Assembly: GCA_002794465.1 (NCBI GenBank)
Contig: MTSL01000072.1
Location: forward strand, 30,001 to 62,000
Source of the DNA: Paramicrosporidium saccamoebae KSL3
Lineage: Eukaryota > Fungi > Cryptomycota
Length of the DNA stretch: 32,000 nucleotides
Reading direction: 5' to 3'
In this document: one piece after another, positions 1 through 10,753 of the stretch
How the letters are laid out: every line of letters begins with the position of its first letter
Numbering within the stretch: the first letter of the stretch is position 1
Notes under the pieces: model-generated
What the model was told of the DNA's origin: nothing
Database searches by the model: none
Seen by the model: the letters and a program-made list of their open reading frames with translations, nothing else
Position numbers and translations under genes: made by a program

Positions 1-489
1 TTGTCTCTAACAGCATGCTCCCAACCACCGTCACGTTGGTGGGCGGCATGACGGCAAACCTTAGTTTCTCGCGCTCTGGGGACCCCACTTTGGGCAGACC
101 GACGAAGGGGACGCGTATCTTTTGCTGCTTTGACCATTGAAGGACATCTTCCACCTACAAAATCAGAGCTGTGGATCAGATTACCGAAAGACTAGAAACT
201 GCCACAAGCTTTTCTATATTCTCCTTGATCGCATGCAAAAGATCCGAGACTGCCTTGCTGCTTGGTTTGGTCAACTTTTCCGCGTCTCGACCAGACTTTG
301 TCCTTTTCCCTGAACTCATCGGACAGGTCAGCCGGGGTTCACAACTGACAATGAATCTATAGAACATGTCAAGTGTGAGGATAAAAGCAGAGATTTTGTT
401 AGTAAACGGAGACGATTTTCTTGTTAAAGCTCGTGGCGCCATTACATATTGACACTCTCATCAACATACTGGATTGTGGAGATGGCCAT
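1..489 (-). CDS. UTP22: U3 snoRNP/Nrap protein Utp22 (NOL6), 5' part; runs off the window start
   Basis: Intron 155-184 (GTAATC..TGTAG, 30 nt, in-frame TGA) joins the 176-442 ORF to VEDVLQWSKQQKIRVPF..FAVMPPTNVTVVGSMLLET, which fits the Nrap N-terminal F..P..v.vvGS..L.T motif. KSSPFTNKISAFILTL resembles Utp22 KSNIFKLQIDELL. Start is either 489 (with a tentative 26-nt intron 420-445) or 442. Confidence 0.7.
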
Positions 490-807
490 CTGGGCTGGGG
501 CCACCAATAATAAACGATTATTATTGTGTGACGTAGAAGACTGATTAGTTGGGTGTTTGAAGATAGTTCACTAGTTTGGAGAAGATCTGGTTGTGTGCTA
601 AAGTGGATCGCTTTGCTGAATATTTGAAGATTATTACTATGCAACTCGGGAGACTATAAAAGGGCCATTGGATTAAAAATGAACGGGTTCTCTTCCCGCT
701 TGACAAAGTCCGTGGTATTATCCCCACCATGCGACAGTTGGATAGATTGTTTATTCGAATTCTTGATTCGCAAATATACTCGTTCATATTAAACTAATAC
801 TAAACTA

Positions 808-2109
808 TTATTGACCTACTCCTGGTGTCTTGTGAGTGCTTATCATTTGGAGGACCTGCCTGAGCCCCAAGGCAGAGATGGCACCAAGAAGCAGGCCACA
901 TCCGATCGCAAGCACCATAATGGTGACTGCCTTTCCGCGATTGACAGCCTTGACTCTAAATGGCGACCACATCATGCACAACGTGCCCACATATCCGCCT
1001 GACAGTGCTTTCAAGGCCATAATTCCCATGAAAATATAGTCGTTTTGGTAGAGGGGACTGAACGGTAGAGTGTAGTTTCGCATTTGCAAGTTGCCAAATA
1101 GAAATAATGGAATCAGAATGACTCGTGCGCAGGCGATGGCAAGAAACGGCATCTTTTTGATAGCAAAGATGCTGATGACAGGAATGGCCTTGCCTATCAG
1201 ATCAAAGATGCTGCTAACAAGGAACGCGAGGACATGGAACAGATCACGGGTGTCACCCTTGGAGGCGGCAATGACCGAATCAGTCATGACAACCAGCATG
1301 GGAGAGGCGGTGAGATTGACCCAAACAAGGATAAGAACGGTGAAAAAGAGATCGTAGATTTCCTTGAACACTTCTGCGGCGGAAGAATGGCCGTTGGCAG
1401 GAATTCCAGTGGCCTTGGCCAGCTTTTCGGCCTCTTCCTGAGCCTCCACTACACTACGACCTTTCCGGAAGTAGTACTTGAACATGTTCAGTGAACGCAT
1501 CACATGGAACATGCCCAGACTAGCCAGAATGACTCCTGTAGTGACACCAAAGTAAACTGTGGCAAAGGAATTGGATGCGGCTGAATCTGAATGGAGGGTC
1601 GATGCAATATGTAGCACAGCACCCGCAACACCAGCAAAGCCATGGCCTACCAGATAGGATTGAGTATACTTTGCCGGAAAATACGTCAAAGTCGTCAGGA
1701 ATGCCGCCTCGGAAAACGCCGAGAACAGCGATCCTAACAGCACCAGTACTAATACCAAATAGTAGAACGTTCTCGCAGCCAAATCCATGACACAAGTCAC
1801 TCCCATCACTGCAAACACTAACGTGTTGCCAACAATGGACCAGATGATTTGCGAATCGGGCTCTACTCGTTTCGTCACGGAAATGCCCGACACTAAAAAT
1901 ACAAACTTCATCGCCATGAAAATCAACGTAAAGTAGGCGATAAAGTTTTCTGCCTCTGGAACAGTGCTCAAGCGAGCTTCAAAGTACTTGTTCGAGAAGA
2001 TGAGGACGTTCCAGGGAAGCAAATTGCTGATGCCTTGAAAGAATATGTTAAAATATACTGCATGGTATACATCGGAATACTCGCCCTCACCATCGGGAAG
2101 GATCATCAT
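808..2109 (-). CDS. Equilibrative nucleoside transporter (SLC29/ENT, Fun26-like)
   Basis: 433-aa multi-TM ORF with the ENT motif GISNLLPWNVLI, YLVGHGFAGVAG, and C-terminal GGYVGTLCMM..P. Confidence 0.92.
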   Translation of the reverse strand: MMILPDGEGEYSDVYHAVYFNIFFQGISNLLPWNVLIFSNKYFEARLSTVPEAENFIAYFTLIFMAMKFVFLVSGISVTKRVEPDSQIIWSIVGNTLVFAVMGVTCVMDLAARTFYYLVLVLVLLGSLFSAFSEAAFLTTLTYFPAKYTQSYLVGHGFAGVAGAVLHIASTLHSDSAASNSFATVYFGVTTGVILASLGMFHVMRSLNMFKYYFRKGRSVVEAQEEAEKLAKATGIPANGHSSAAEVFKEIYDLFFTVLILVWVNLTASPMLVVMTDSVIAASKGDTRDLFHVLAFLVSSIFDLIGKAIPVISIFAIKKMPFLAIACARVILIPLFLFGNLQMRNYTLPFSPLYQNDYIFMGIMALKALSGGYVGTLCMMWSPFRVKAVNRGKAVTIMVLAIGCGLLLGAISALGLRQVLQMISTHKTPGVGQ

Positions 2110-2286
2110 AGTGATATGGAAAGGGACGACCGGCTATGTGGAGATTGAAGCCAATCAGTGGCCCCCAAAGCCATGCGCCAGTAACCAATCGCTTCTTGGC
2201 CTGGTAATCCAATGGTATCTCCAAGGTAGGTTCTTCAGCCCAACGCAGTGTATTATCGTTTAGTGTAGTGTAAATGGTTTATTAAC

Positions 2287-2583
2287 TTAGTAGTGGTATG
2301 GGGCGCTTGGCTGTTGTTGTGAGTGTGAAAACGTATGTTGATATTGTGGGGGAGGCTGTTGCTGGACGGGAACCGCATATACATGTTGCGGTGTCGGCGA
2401 TGCCATATAAACGGGCGTTGCCGGGTGTGAGACAACAATCTGTGGCCGTGGCGTCATTACCACTCTTGGCTGGTAAGTGGTAGCGTGAGATGTTGTAGAG
2501 TTTCGATTCTTTATAACCAATACAAGCGCCATGATGGCGAAGAATACCCCAAAGAAAACAAATAATGCAGCCTGACTGTTCAT
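2287..2583 (-). CDS. Orphan 98-aa single-pass membrane protein with Pro/Gln-rich tail (PPPQY and PSAP motifs)
   Basis: ATG ORF with N-terminal hydrophobic helix AALFVFFGVFFAIMALVLVI followed by KNR, then a P/Q/Y-rich tail. Confidence 0.75.
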   Translation of the reverse strand: MNSQAALFVFFGVFFAIMALVLVIKNRNSTTSHATTYQPRVVMTPRPQIVVSHPATPVYMASPTPQHVYAVPVQQQPPPQYQHTFSHSQQQPSAPYHY

Positions 2584-2867
2584 GCGGTTAAAAGGGTTCT
2601 AGCAGCCCTACACAGCCTTCAGCCTCTCTGGCCAGGCATATATACTGCTGTCCAATGAGTTGAATGCCATGCTGGACTACCATTTGCCCAAAGCACAAGG
2701 TCTTGGCGAATAGATTGTGGTTTTTCCATCAAAGGCCCCATGCTAATAAAAGTGTTCTCCGTAACCGTTGGCGTACAACGGACAAGTTTTCAACTCTGCA
2801 TCCTCGATTATCGCGTAAATTTCCAGAGCTAGCAATTATGTAGTCCTCGCCGCCAGGGGTCCAAAGG

Positions 2868-3854
2868 ATGACTGTGGCCGAGCCCGAAGCTTCCATGGAG
2901 GGATCCGCTAAACCGGATGTGTCCAAGATGCTCCTTAAATGCGAAGAGCTGGTCGAGCGTTTTGAATACGACCTAGCACTCAAGTTTTGCGAACGGATCC
3001 TGTCTGTGGAGCCTCGTCACGTGGATGCACTGCAGATGAAGGCGACCATCCTCATCGATATGGGAGACGCAGAGGCTGCCCGAAACGTTCTTTTGAGTGC
3101 CACAGAGGCTGAGCCCGACTGCGGAGCAGAAAAATATATTGCCCTCGCGCAGCTTAGTGAAGGAGAGGAGGCGCTCGAATATTTTCAGCGTGCAGTAAAG
3201 ATACTCCAGACTGGCGAACAAGATGAAGAAACCTTGCACACCCTCGCCTCTTTGTATTGTTCGATGGCAGAACTATTTTTAACGGATCTCTGTCTCGCCG
3301 AAGACGCAGAAACGCGTTGTGAGGAGTTTGTCCAGGCTGCTCTAGATGCCAGTCCCCAGAATTACGAAGCCCTTCAAACCATGTGCAGTATGCGACTCAG
3401 TCAGAATAGGGAAGAGGAGGCTGCTGAAGTCCTCAGCCAGTCCATCACCAAATGGTCCTCTATCCCTTATGAAGACTCTGAGTATCCGTCTTTCGAGTTC
3501 CGTCTCACCTGCTCCCGTCTGCTAGTCGAGCTGGGCTCTTATGATCTTGCCCAATACATCTTGGAAGCGCTCTCCCAGGAGGATGACGAGATTATTGAGG
3601 TGTGGTATCTGCTTGCACTATCGCTCTACACACAGGGCAGTCTGTCCCCCGCTCACGAGGCGCTACTGAATGCAGAAAAGATGATGGAAGGTGTTATTCC
3701 AGAGCTGGTGGATGCTATTTCAGAGCTGAGAGAGGCCATTGGCACGCCCGAGACTCTTGGCGATGCGACGATGGAGGATGATGATAATAATACTGAAGAG
3801 GTTATGGACACTTGCACCGAGGATTCGGACGATCCAGCAGAAGAGGATCAATAA
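2868..3854 (+). CDS. ACL4: TPR protein, assembly chaperone of Rpl4
   Basis: TPR repeats, the Acl4-like motif CSMAELFLTDLCLAEDAETRCEE..EALQTMCSMRLSQ, and an acidic C-terminus. Confidence 0.85.
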   Translation: MTVAEPEASMEGSAKPDVSKMLLKCEELVERFEYDLALKFCERILSVEPRHVDALQMKATILIDMGDAEAARNVLLSATEAEPDCGAEKYIALAQLSEGEEALEYFQRAVKILQTGEQDEETLHTLASLYCSMAELFLTDLCLAEDAETRCEEFVQAALDASPQNYEALQTMCSMRLSQNREEEAAEVLSQSITKWSSIPYEDSEYPSFEFRLTCSRLLVELGSYDLAQYILEALSQEDDEIIEVWYLLALSLYTQGSLSPAHEALLNAEKMMEGVIPELVDAISELREAIGTPETLGDATMEDDDNNTEEVMDTCTEDSDDPAEEDQ

Positions 3855-3891
3855 ATTCTTAGATTTAAGGGAAATGTGAGAATTAGGTTTA

Positions 3892-5798
3892 ATGGCTACG
3901 TTGAATGTGACTGTTAACAAGCGGCCTTGGTCGCTGTATGTACTGAGGATACGGGCGGGAATACTTCCGGAACCGTTTGGGCTATGCAGCATGACTGTCT
4001 CTGGTAGTCCAGATCCACATTACCTTCGATTCGCCTCCGACCCGACAATTAGTGATAATACTGTGGAGCTGCCCACCTGGCTTTTCAACTACATGAACTG
4101 TCCGTCGATGGTGGATATTCAGGCAGTCAAGGAATCTGGTATGGTCGCTCTTGCATCTGACATTTAGATATTGCGATTTGCGAGGAGATACAGGTTAGTG
4201 TCGACTCGAGCTGCCCGCTTCCATGCACCATGGCGACAATCATGAAAGAAGTCAAGGCCCAACTGTGTGGACACTACATTTCTCCAGCCTGTCGCATCCC
4301 AATAGTAGTATTTGGCACCCTGTTCTTCCTGCACTGCATGCCAATTACTACAGCGGGCATTTTTAATTCTGACACAACACTAAGTCTGGCTTCAGTAGAG
4401 CCCACAGAAGATTTGGCATCGCCTCTCTATCAAGAACTGCAGGATAGATTCACCCTGATTGACAAAGTGAGTAACCACGGCCTGTCCTCTAATCATGAAC
4501 TGTCCTCTAACGTCCCCAATAATGGACTGCTCTCATATGTCCCCAATGTTTTCATGTTTACAGATCTCGACAGATGGCAGATATCTGGGTTAGTAGCAAA
4601 TATTTCCAAGGATCGGACAGTTTTATACCCCCCATTATCATTACTATTCAATCACATCGAGTTGGATTCGTTTGAGGAGGAGCATGAAAGAAGGATAAAA
4701 ATGTTCCAACAGTGGTGGGACGAGTACGCTGTAGGTTCCGTGATACTCATCTTGACGAATATGGAACTACTTGATACCAAGACATTGGATATAGTGTCAG
4801 ACAAGATTCGAAAATCAACTGGTGCCTTTGTAATGTTTTCCAGGAAAGATGAGGTAGAGCGGTTCGGACGTTTATTTCCACGTCTCGCCATTATAAAGGA
4901 ACCATCAAAGACTTTGATCTGGAACGCAGAGACTGATTTCATCGATTCTTTCAACCAGACAATTAAAGGACTGTCTCCTGAGGAATCAAAGAAGAACATT
5001 GAGGCAGGATTGCAGACGGCAGAACTCGAGCAGGTGGGAAGGCCACTGGCGACTGGCTTGTCGTCGTGGGATCGCATATGTGGATACAGAGACATCAAGA
5101 CACGACTTCAGGATCTGTTGTACAAAGGGGCCCGCGATCCGGAAAGAATGCTAAAGCTGGGTCTGGCGCCTGTCAAAGGGATCCTTCTCCACGGACCCTC
5201 CGGGTGCGGCAAGACGGAAATTGTCAAAGCCATCGCCAATGACGCCGTCTTTCCTGTCATCAAGATCCAGCCAACTGACATACTCTCCAAATACCTTGGC
5301 GAGTCGGAATCCAAGCTGCGACAAGTTTTTTCCAAGGCTCGAGAGGTGCGGCCGTGTATTTTGTTCATTGACAACATTGAAGTGCTGGGAGGGAGACGAA
5401 ACATTGGCGGTAGCGACACGACTGGCTCAAGTGAGCGGCTGCTTAGCACGCTTTTGAATGAGATGGATGGGATTGCCGAGTCTCTCGGAGTTATTTTGGT
5501 CTGTTGTACCAATCGACTGGAAGATCTGGACGAGGCACTAGTGCGACCCGGCCGACTTGATCATCACATTCACATTCCATTGCCTACTCGGGACGACTTG
5601 AGAGAGCTACTCGATATCTGGTGTGAAAAGTTGCAAATCGACCTAGACTGCCCTGACAACCTTTGCAATCTCCTCTCCGAACGATCGTGTGCCAATGTTC
5701 TTGCCATTTTGAACGAATTTGCTCTAAGCAATCTAGACGCACCCCTCCCTTTGCAGTCATCGGAACTAATGAAATTTATAATGCTCTGTGAGTCTTGA
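3892..5798 (+). CDS. CDC48/AFG2(SPATA5)-family AAA+ ATPase, degenerate first module and one recognisable AAA module (625 aa)
   Basis: Intron 4139-4167 (GTATGG..TTTAG, 29 nt) joins ORFs 3892 and 4230 in frame. Walker A GPSGCGKT, Walker B ILFIDNIE, LLNEMDG, and SRH TNRLEDLDEALVRPGRLD. Confidence 0.85.
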
Positions 5799-5829
5799 GG
5801 TTGAATCGTGGATGGTGAACCTTTTGAAA

Positions 5830-5985
5830 TTGTATATAATGGATGGCTCCAATGATACCCTCTTAACATTGTATAGAATCAACGGCTCTAGTGACAAGCT
5901 CTCAACATTGTATAGAACAGGCGTTTTGAATATCTCGTATCTTACAATACATAAAATAAACGTTCCTAATAACAGACTATCGTAT
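5830..5985 (+). repeat. Degenerate 39-bp tandem repeat (3-4 units)
   Basis: ttgtata(g/t)aa recurs at 5830, 5869 and 5908, with a degenerate copy at 5947. Confidence 0.7.
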
Positions 5986-6023
5986 TTTACAGGATAAAGA
6001 ATAAACAATTTTCCTGGTTCCTG

Positions 6024-6973
6024 ATGGGTGACTCGGTAAGATATTGACATTCGGACGGACGGTTGACCGGTAGGAACCAAAGACGCGATATTCTTCGGAA
6101 ATTCAGGCCATGATGTACACCTTTGGGGATGTCCGGACCCCGCTCCCTTCTAGTGCCCAGCTGATAGAACAGATAGTGCGCAAACAAATTATCGATATTA
6201 TAATCCAAGCATCGCATACCGCCCAGAACATCCGAAACGCACGCAGTCTGTCGGCTGAAGACGTCATTTTCACCATCCGCCGGGATGCGATCAAAGTTGC
6301 GCGTCTGCAAGAGTTCCTCTCGTGGAAAGACTTGCGCAAGACGGCTCGACCCGCGGACGACGGACCGCTTGAGGCCCCCGACGAAGAACTATTCAGCATT
6401 GCTGACGACCGTCGCAAGAAAAAGACGGTGGCTCGTCTGCCATGGGACCCTATTTCGGGTCTTGTTGCAGAGGCCACAGGCATTGAGACAGATCTTCTCA
6501 ATGACGAGGTGGTTGGTGAAGAGGCAGAGGATGATATAAAGCGCCGTCTGAGGATGGCAGACATGATGACGCGGGACATGAGTCGGGAAGAGTACATGGA
6601 ATACAGCGAATGTCGTCAGGCCAGCTTTACCTACAAGAAGGCTAAAAAGTTCCGTGACTGGATCAACCCGGCACAATACGTAGATTTCCGTCTGAATGAC
6701 GACGTGGTGGAGATTATGGGATTTTTGGCGTGGGAGATGGTGCGAAAGCTGACCGAGGTGGCACTGGGGATGAAACGGAGCGAAATGGTAGAGGCCATTG
6801 AGGGCAATGTGAGTGAGGAGGGATGTCGAATGTTCTCCAGTCCTCTGGAAAAGACGGCAATCACGCCGGAACATCTCCATGCGGCTGTCATCAAAATCGA
6901 CAAAGACAATAGAGACCCATATGAGGTGCTCCTTGCAGCGCCCTTGTATCGGAGACGAGTGCGACTCTTCTAA
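6024..6973 (+). CDS. SPT3: SAGA complex subunit Spt3 (303 aa)
   Basis: Exon ATGGGTGACTCG plus intron 6036-6073 (38 nt) gives MGDSEPKTRYSSEIQAMMYTFGD. Also LQEFLSWKDLRK and YMEYSECRQASFTYKKAKKFRDW. Confidence 0.95.
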
Positions 6974-7343
6974 GCGACCAGTAATCCTTCTAGACGATCG
7001 TTTGTACATGAATATATATGGCGAATTTCACATTGTGAGGTTTGAAAGTGCCTTGAGAGTTTTTGATCCACATATATGAGAGGTAGCGGATTAATCAGCA
7101 GGGTTATTGCCAAGATTAGACTAACCATCAAGCGGTGGGACTGTGAAAAGTTGTCAAATTAAGGATAATAGACGAGTTCTCTTTCGTCCGATAGCATATG
7201 TAGCATCACCTTTATCACGCATTAATGTATTTATAACGATGACTGTTGATACTGACTGGCTCTAGTGATCACTTATTTATTAGTGTATCAATGCCATCAG
7301 AGAATGAAACGTCGGGCCGGCCATTCATGCGTCTTTACATAAA

Positions 7344-9051
7344 ATGAATTTTACATTAATGGGCATGTCGTGTCGACAGGGACTGTTGCATTGTCTGGAG
7401 CATAAATGCAGTCTCCCTCCAGAGGTAGAGGAGGGCAATGTAGAATACAAATACCGACTAAAGCCTGACATGCCGGAACAGCGACTGAGTCAACTGAAGA
7501 GCCAGCTGCAGTGGCGACTGACCGAGCATGGGGAATGCTACTACATGATAGGGTAGTTGAGGTTTATTGGCCTCACTGGATAGGGTTGCTGACGATGGGA
7601 CCATCCATGGACTGCACAAGAACGACCTGGATGACTCGTTGGAGGTGCTGGCACGCATGTGCAGTGGTGTTGGAGCACAAATTGCCGGCACTGAGGAACG
7701 ACGGGTATCTCGTCGACCAGAGCTTTATGCAGCAGAAGTACGAGTGTGCTTGACAGCGCCACAGGCAACAACGAGTCGTCGGACAGTCAAAGTGGCGTTT
7801 GTGGGCGACACTGACAGCGGCAAGTCCACGCTGGTGGGGGTGCTTAGTGGCGGAGCATTGGATGACGGAAAGGGATCAGTACGACTTAGCCTGCTGCGCC
7901 ATCGCCACGAAGTAATTTCAGGACAAACATCGTCGTTGGCCGTCGAATTTCTGCCCTTTGACGACGAAACCAAAACGCCGATTCGTCACGACTACGATAG
8001 TCTTGAACCGCTGCCACTGACAAAGCAGAAGCAGTTGTTGGATGCTGGTCGTGTGGCACAGTTTCTTGATCTGGCAGGAGATGTGCGATATCAAAAGACG
8101 ACCTACTCTGCCCTAACGAGCTGGGCGACGCCAGATTGGATCTGTGTCGTGGTATCAGCAACAGCCGAAATCGAGTCATTGCGAGATTGGCTGACGCTGG
8201 TGTTGGGTCTAGAAATTCCCTTTTTTATAGTGCTCAGCAAAACTGATTTGGTTGATTCCGCAACTGTATTGCGTCACGCCACGCAGATTCCTGAATATAT
8301 TGCAGAACTGCGTCGGACGCTCTTCGGAGTGTCAGTGCCGCCTTATGCAGTGTCTCTGTTACGCGTGTCCAATGTGACGGGGGAGGGGATAGAGAATCTG
8401 ACTAACCATTTCTATCGTCTGCGGCCACGTCGCAATGTGAGGCTGATGAATTATCTTTTGGACACTTTTCCTGAACAGGACGGTCTGTTCTGCGTGGAGG
8501 GCGTACAGAGTTTCCCTGATGTGGGAACTGTGCTGATGGGCACAGTACTGCATGGTGCCATTTCCGTAGGAAGTGTCGCGCAGGTGGGGCCTACTGCGGG
8601 TGGCGATTTTATCTCTGTCACTTTAAATTCGGCCCATCGGATGCGACTCTCCACGCCGACCGTCTTTCCCGGCCAATTGGTGACAATTGCCATTGAGCCG
8701 GCGACAGCAGTTGCACAGATCCACAAAGGTTCCATCCTCGCCGTCACTGATAGCAATGTCGGGCGACTAGAAATGACCAACACAATTGAGGCCGATGTCA
8801 TTGGTTGCAGTGCGGAACAAGCCGCTGCAGTGACCACAGCTGAACCGGTGCATGGAATGCTTTATTGGATGGGCAGTCGATGGACGGCGCAACTGACGTC
8901 ACTACACACCTTCTATGGCGAGATTAAGCTAAGGGCTTCGTTTTTGTTGGTTGAGGCGCACGCTTCCCCCCTCCCTGGATCGCGAGTAATTTTTGTTGGT
9001 CCACATTTCCGGATTGAGGGTCTAGTTCATCTACCCCTCGTTGCGCAATGA
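7344..9051 (+). CDS. GTPBP2: GTPBP1/GTPBP2-family translational GTPase (558 aa)
   Basis: LPPEVEEGNVEYK..QLQWRL..GECYYMIGVADDG is the GTPBP2 N-terminal signature. Intron 7553-7583 (31 nt). G1 GDTDSGKST, G3 DLAG, G4 SKTD, then beta-barrel domains. Confidence 0.88.
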
Positions 9052-9300
9052 GCGCAGAGTAGCACATTTATAAACGCATCCAATCAAGGAGTCTTTCAAT
9101 ACCTATAGATTTGGCAATATGGCGAATGTCGGGAATTGAGATCCCAATTCATTGAACGTAGTATATTTAAAAATTACATTGATTACGCTTCTACCCCTCC
9201 AAAGTCATATTTGCAACCGAAGATTAAAACATACAGTTGCAACAATTCGACATTAAACCCATTCCACAGTCAATAGAGTTGCCCACAATGATCGTGATTT

Positions 9301-9381
9301 CTAGAATGGCTCTACTCCAATACCAACTCGGTAAGGTGGCTCTACACTGAAACCATTACATTTATAACGGCTCCACTCCTA
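9301..9381 (-). repeat. Degenerate ~30-bp triplication of the NAD kinase terminal codons
   Basis: ggctc(t/c)ac at 9308, 9338 and 9369. Minus strand reads GGAGTGGAGCCGTTATAA in the CDS and GGAGTAGAGCCATTCTAG downstream. Confidence 0.5.
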
Positions 9382-10438
9382 AATGGTTTGCCGAGGGTCG
9401 GTCGTTCCAATGCAGACAACGGGCCAGACCATTGAACCAGTCTCGAGTCTGATCCTCACGACACACAGTGGGCACTGGAAAGTTGGAGGAGCTGACGGCA
9501 ATCTCATCGCCCCGATTCAGCTCCATCCGAGCCCGTCCATCAAATGACGCCCAGGCATTGCCCCGGCTTCCTTCGTTGACACGGATCACCAATTCTACCG
9601 AGTCGGGCAATAGGAGCGGTCGGAAAGAGAGGGTATGTGGACAGATGGGAGTAATAAGTATGGCGGGTACGCCTGGATGGATTACTGAACCTCCTGCCGC
9701 CATGGAGTATGCTGTAGAACCTGTGGGAGTTGCAACGATCAATCCATCTGCTTGTACTGTTGTCATCCGTGTTCCATCTACAAACACATCCAAAGTTGTC
9801 ATTGGCGAGGTCCCCCTGTCAACGACTAACTCGTTCAGCACGTGGTACGTCACAGGACCCTTTTCCCGACGAACTTCACAACTCAATCGCATCCGAATGT
9901 TCACGCGACATCCCTCTGTGACAATCTGTTGCAGCACCTGGGGGTGTTGTACCAATGAATATGTGTTCAGAAATCCCACGGTGCCTGAATGGAACGACAC
10001 AATAGGCGGTACTACTTCTTGGAATAGCCACGCTGCTCCCAATACTGTTCCGTCGCCTCCCACTGTCACTACCAAATCCACCGTCTCTGGACAGCCGTGC
10101 ATGATCCGATCTCCGTGGATTTCAGTGAGCGTTTCCGGAAGCCACACTATTGTGGTCTGTCCCGCCGGTGTGTCCTCCAGCAGATATTGCACCACCTCTC
10201 GGATCAGTCCCACCAGAGTCGGGTCCTCTTTGTGGACAACGAGAAAGTTGGTTGGCCAGTCGGGGTCGCTCCATGAAAGCCGCAGTTTCGAAAGATATTT
10301 GGCCGCTTCTCTTACGTGTACACTGTGCTGTGCCATGGTTTGTGGCGGCGGGGAATGGCGCACCGGACATTCTCCAGACGTTGCGTTGTTGATGGGTAAT
10401 AGGCAAGGTGCGAACTGCCACAATGACTCTTCCGACAT
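9362..10438 (-). CDS. NAD(H) kinase (Utr1/Yef1-like)
   Basis: GGDGT motif, LNE, QADGLIVATPTGSTAYSMAAGGS and TPICPHTLSFRPL. First ATG at 10438. Confidence 0.95.
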   Translation of the reverse strand: MSEESLWQFAPCLLPINNATSGECPVRHSPPPQTMAQHSVHVREAAKYLSKLRLSWSDPDWPTNFLVVHKEDPTLVGLIREVVQYLLEDTPAGQTTIVWLPETLTEIHGDRIMHGCPETVDLVVTVGGDGTVLGAAWLFQEVVPPIVSFHSGTVGFLNTYSLVQHPQVLQQIVTEGCRVNIRMRLSCEVRREKGPVTYHVLNELVVDRGTSPMTTLDVFVDGTRMTTVQADGLIVATPTGSTAYSMAAGGSVIHPGVPAILITPICPHTLSFRPLLLPDSVELVIRVNEGSRGNAWASFDGRARMELNRGDEIAVSSSNFPVPTVCREDQTRDWFNGLARCLHWNDRPSANHLGVEPL

Positions 10439-10753
10439 TCCGCCAATCAACGCGTCGAATAAAGTGTGTTGTACACGGGATATTATAGTATTGCAGTGTG
10501 TTGTGGATTATATACTAGTAGTCATCCAGTGTGAATAATTCAAGGTAGCATCTAGTGTTGCTTACGCCAGTATGGCTAATACAATGTGGCTCATCGGTAC
10601 TTGATGGCGTGATATGCGTAATACAAAGAAGGTCATAGGCTATAATAGTATAGACAAAGTCATAATATATTGGTATTTAGGAGATCGGTTGGTGCATTTG
10701 GATAGCATAGACACATCCAATATTTCTACAGCGCAATGGCATTGGTATCTACA

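Noticed and set aside
505-526. 9-bp AT-rich inverted repeat
   Set aside because: Low-complexity palindrome, expected by chance.
545-787. 80-aa ORF or possible ncRNA between UTP22 and ENT
   Set aside because: No coding features and no recognisable snRNA/snoRNA motifs.
2734-2764. U6 snRNA-like motif on the minus strand (ACGGAGAA..ATTAGCATGG) or U4 stem I (TGCTAAT) on the plus strand
   Set aside because: Spacing is wrong (7 nt instead of 1), and there is no U6 internal stem-loop sequence or U4 5' complementarity; Infernal would settle it.
6970-7128. 52-aa minus-strand ORF with hydrophobic N-terminus (MVSLILAITLLINPLPLIYV..)
   Set aside because: AT-rich sequence readily yields hydrophobic ORFs; it overlaps the SPT3 stop and has no clear stop-transfer patch.
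9468-10538. 356-aa plus-strand ORF
   Set aside because: Antisense shadow of the NAD kinase, with no ATG start or recognisable motifs. The same applies to shadow ORFs at 6103-6597, 6389-7009, 11394-11939, 16507-16989, 17857-18390 and 29332-29817.
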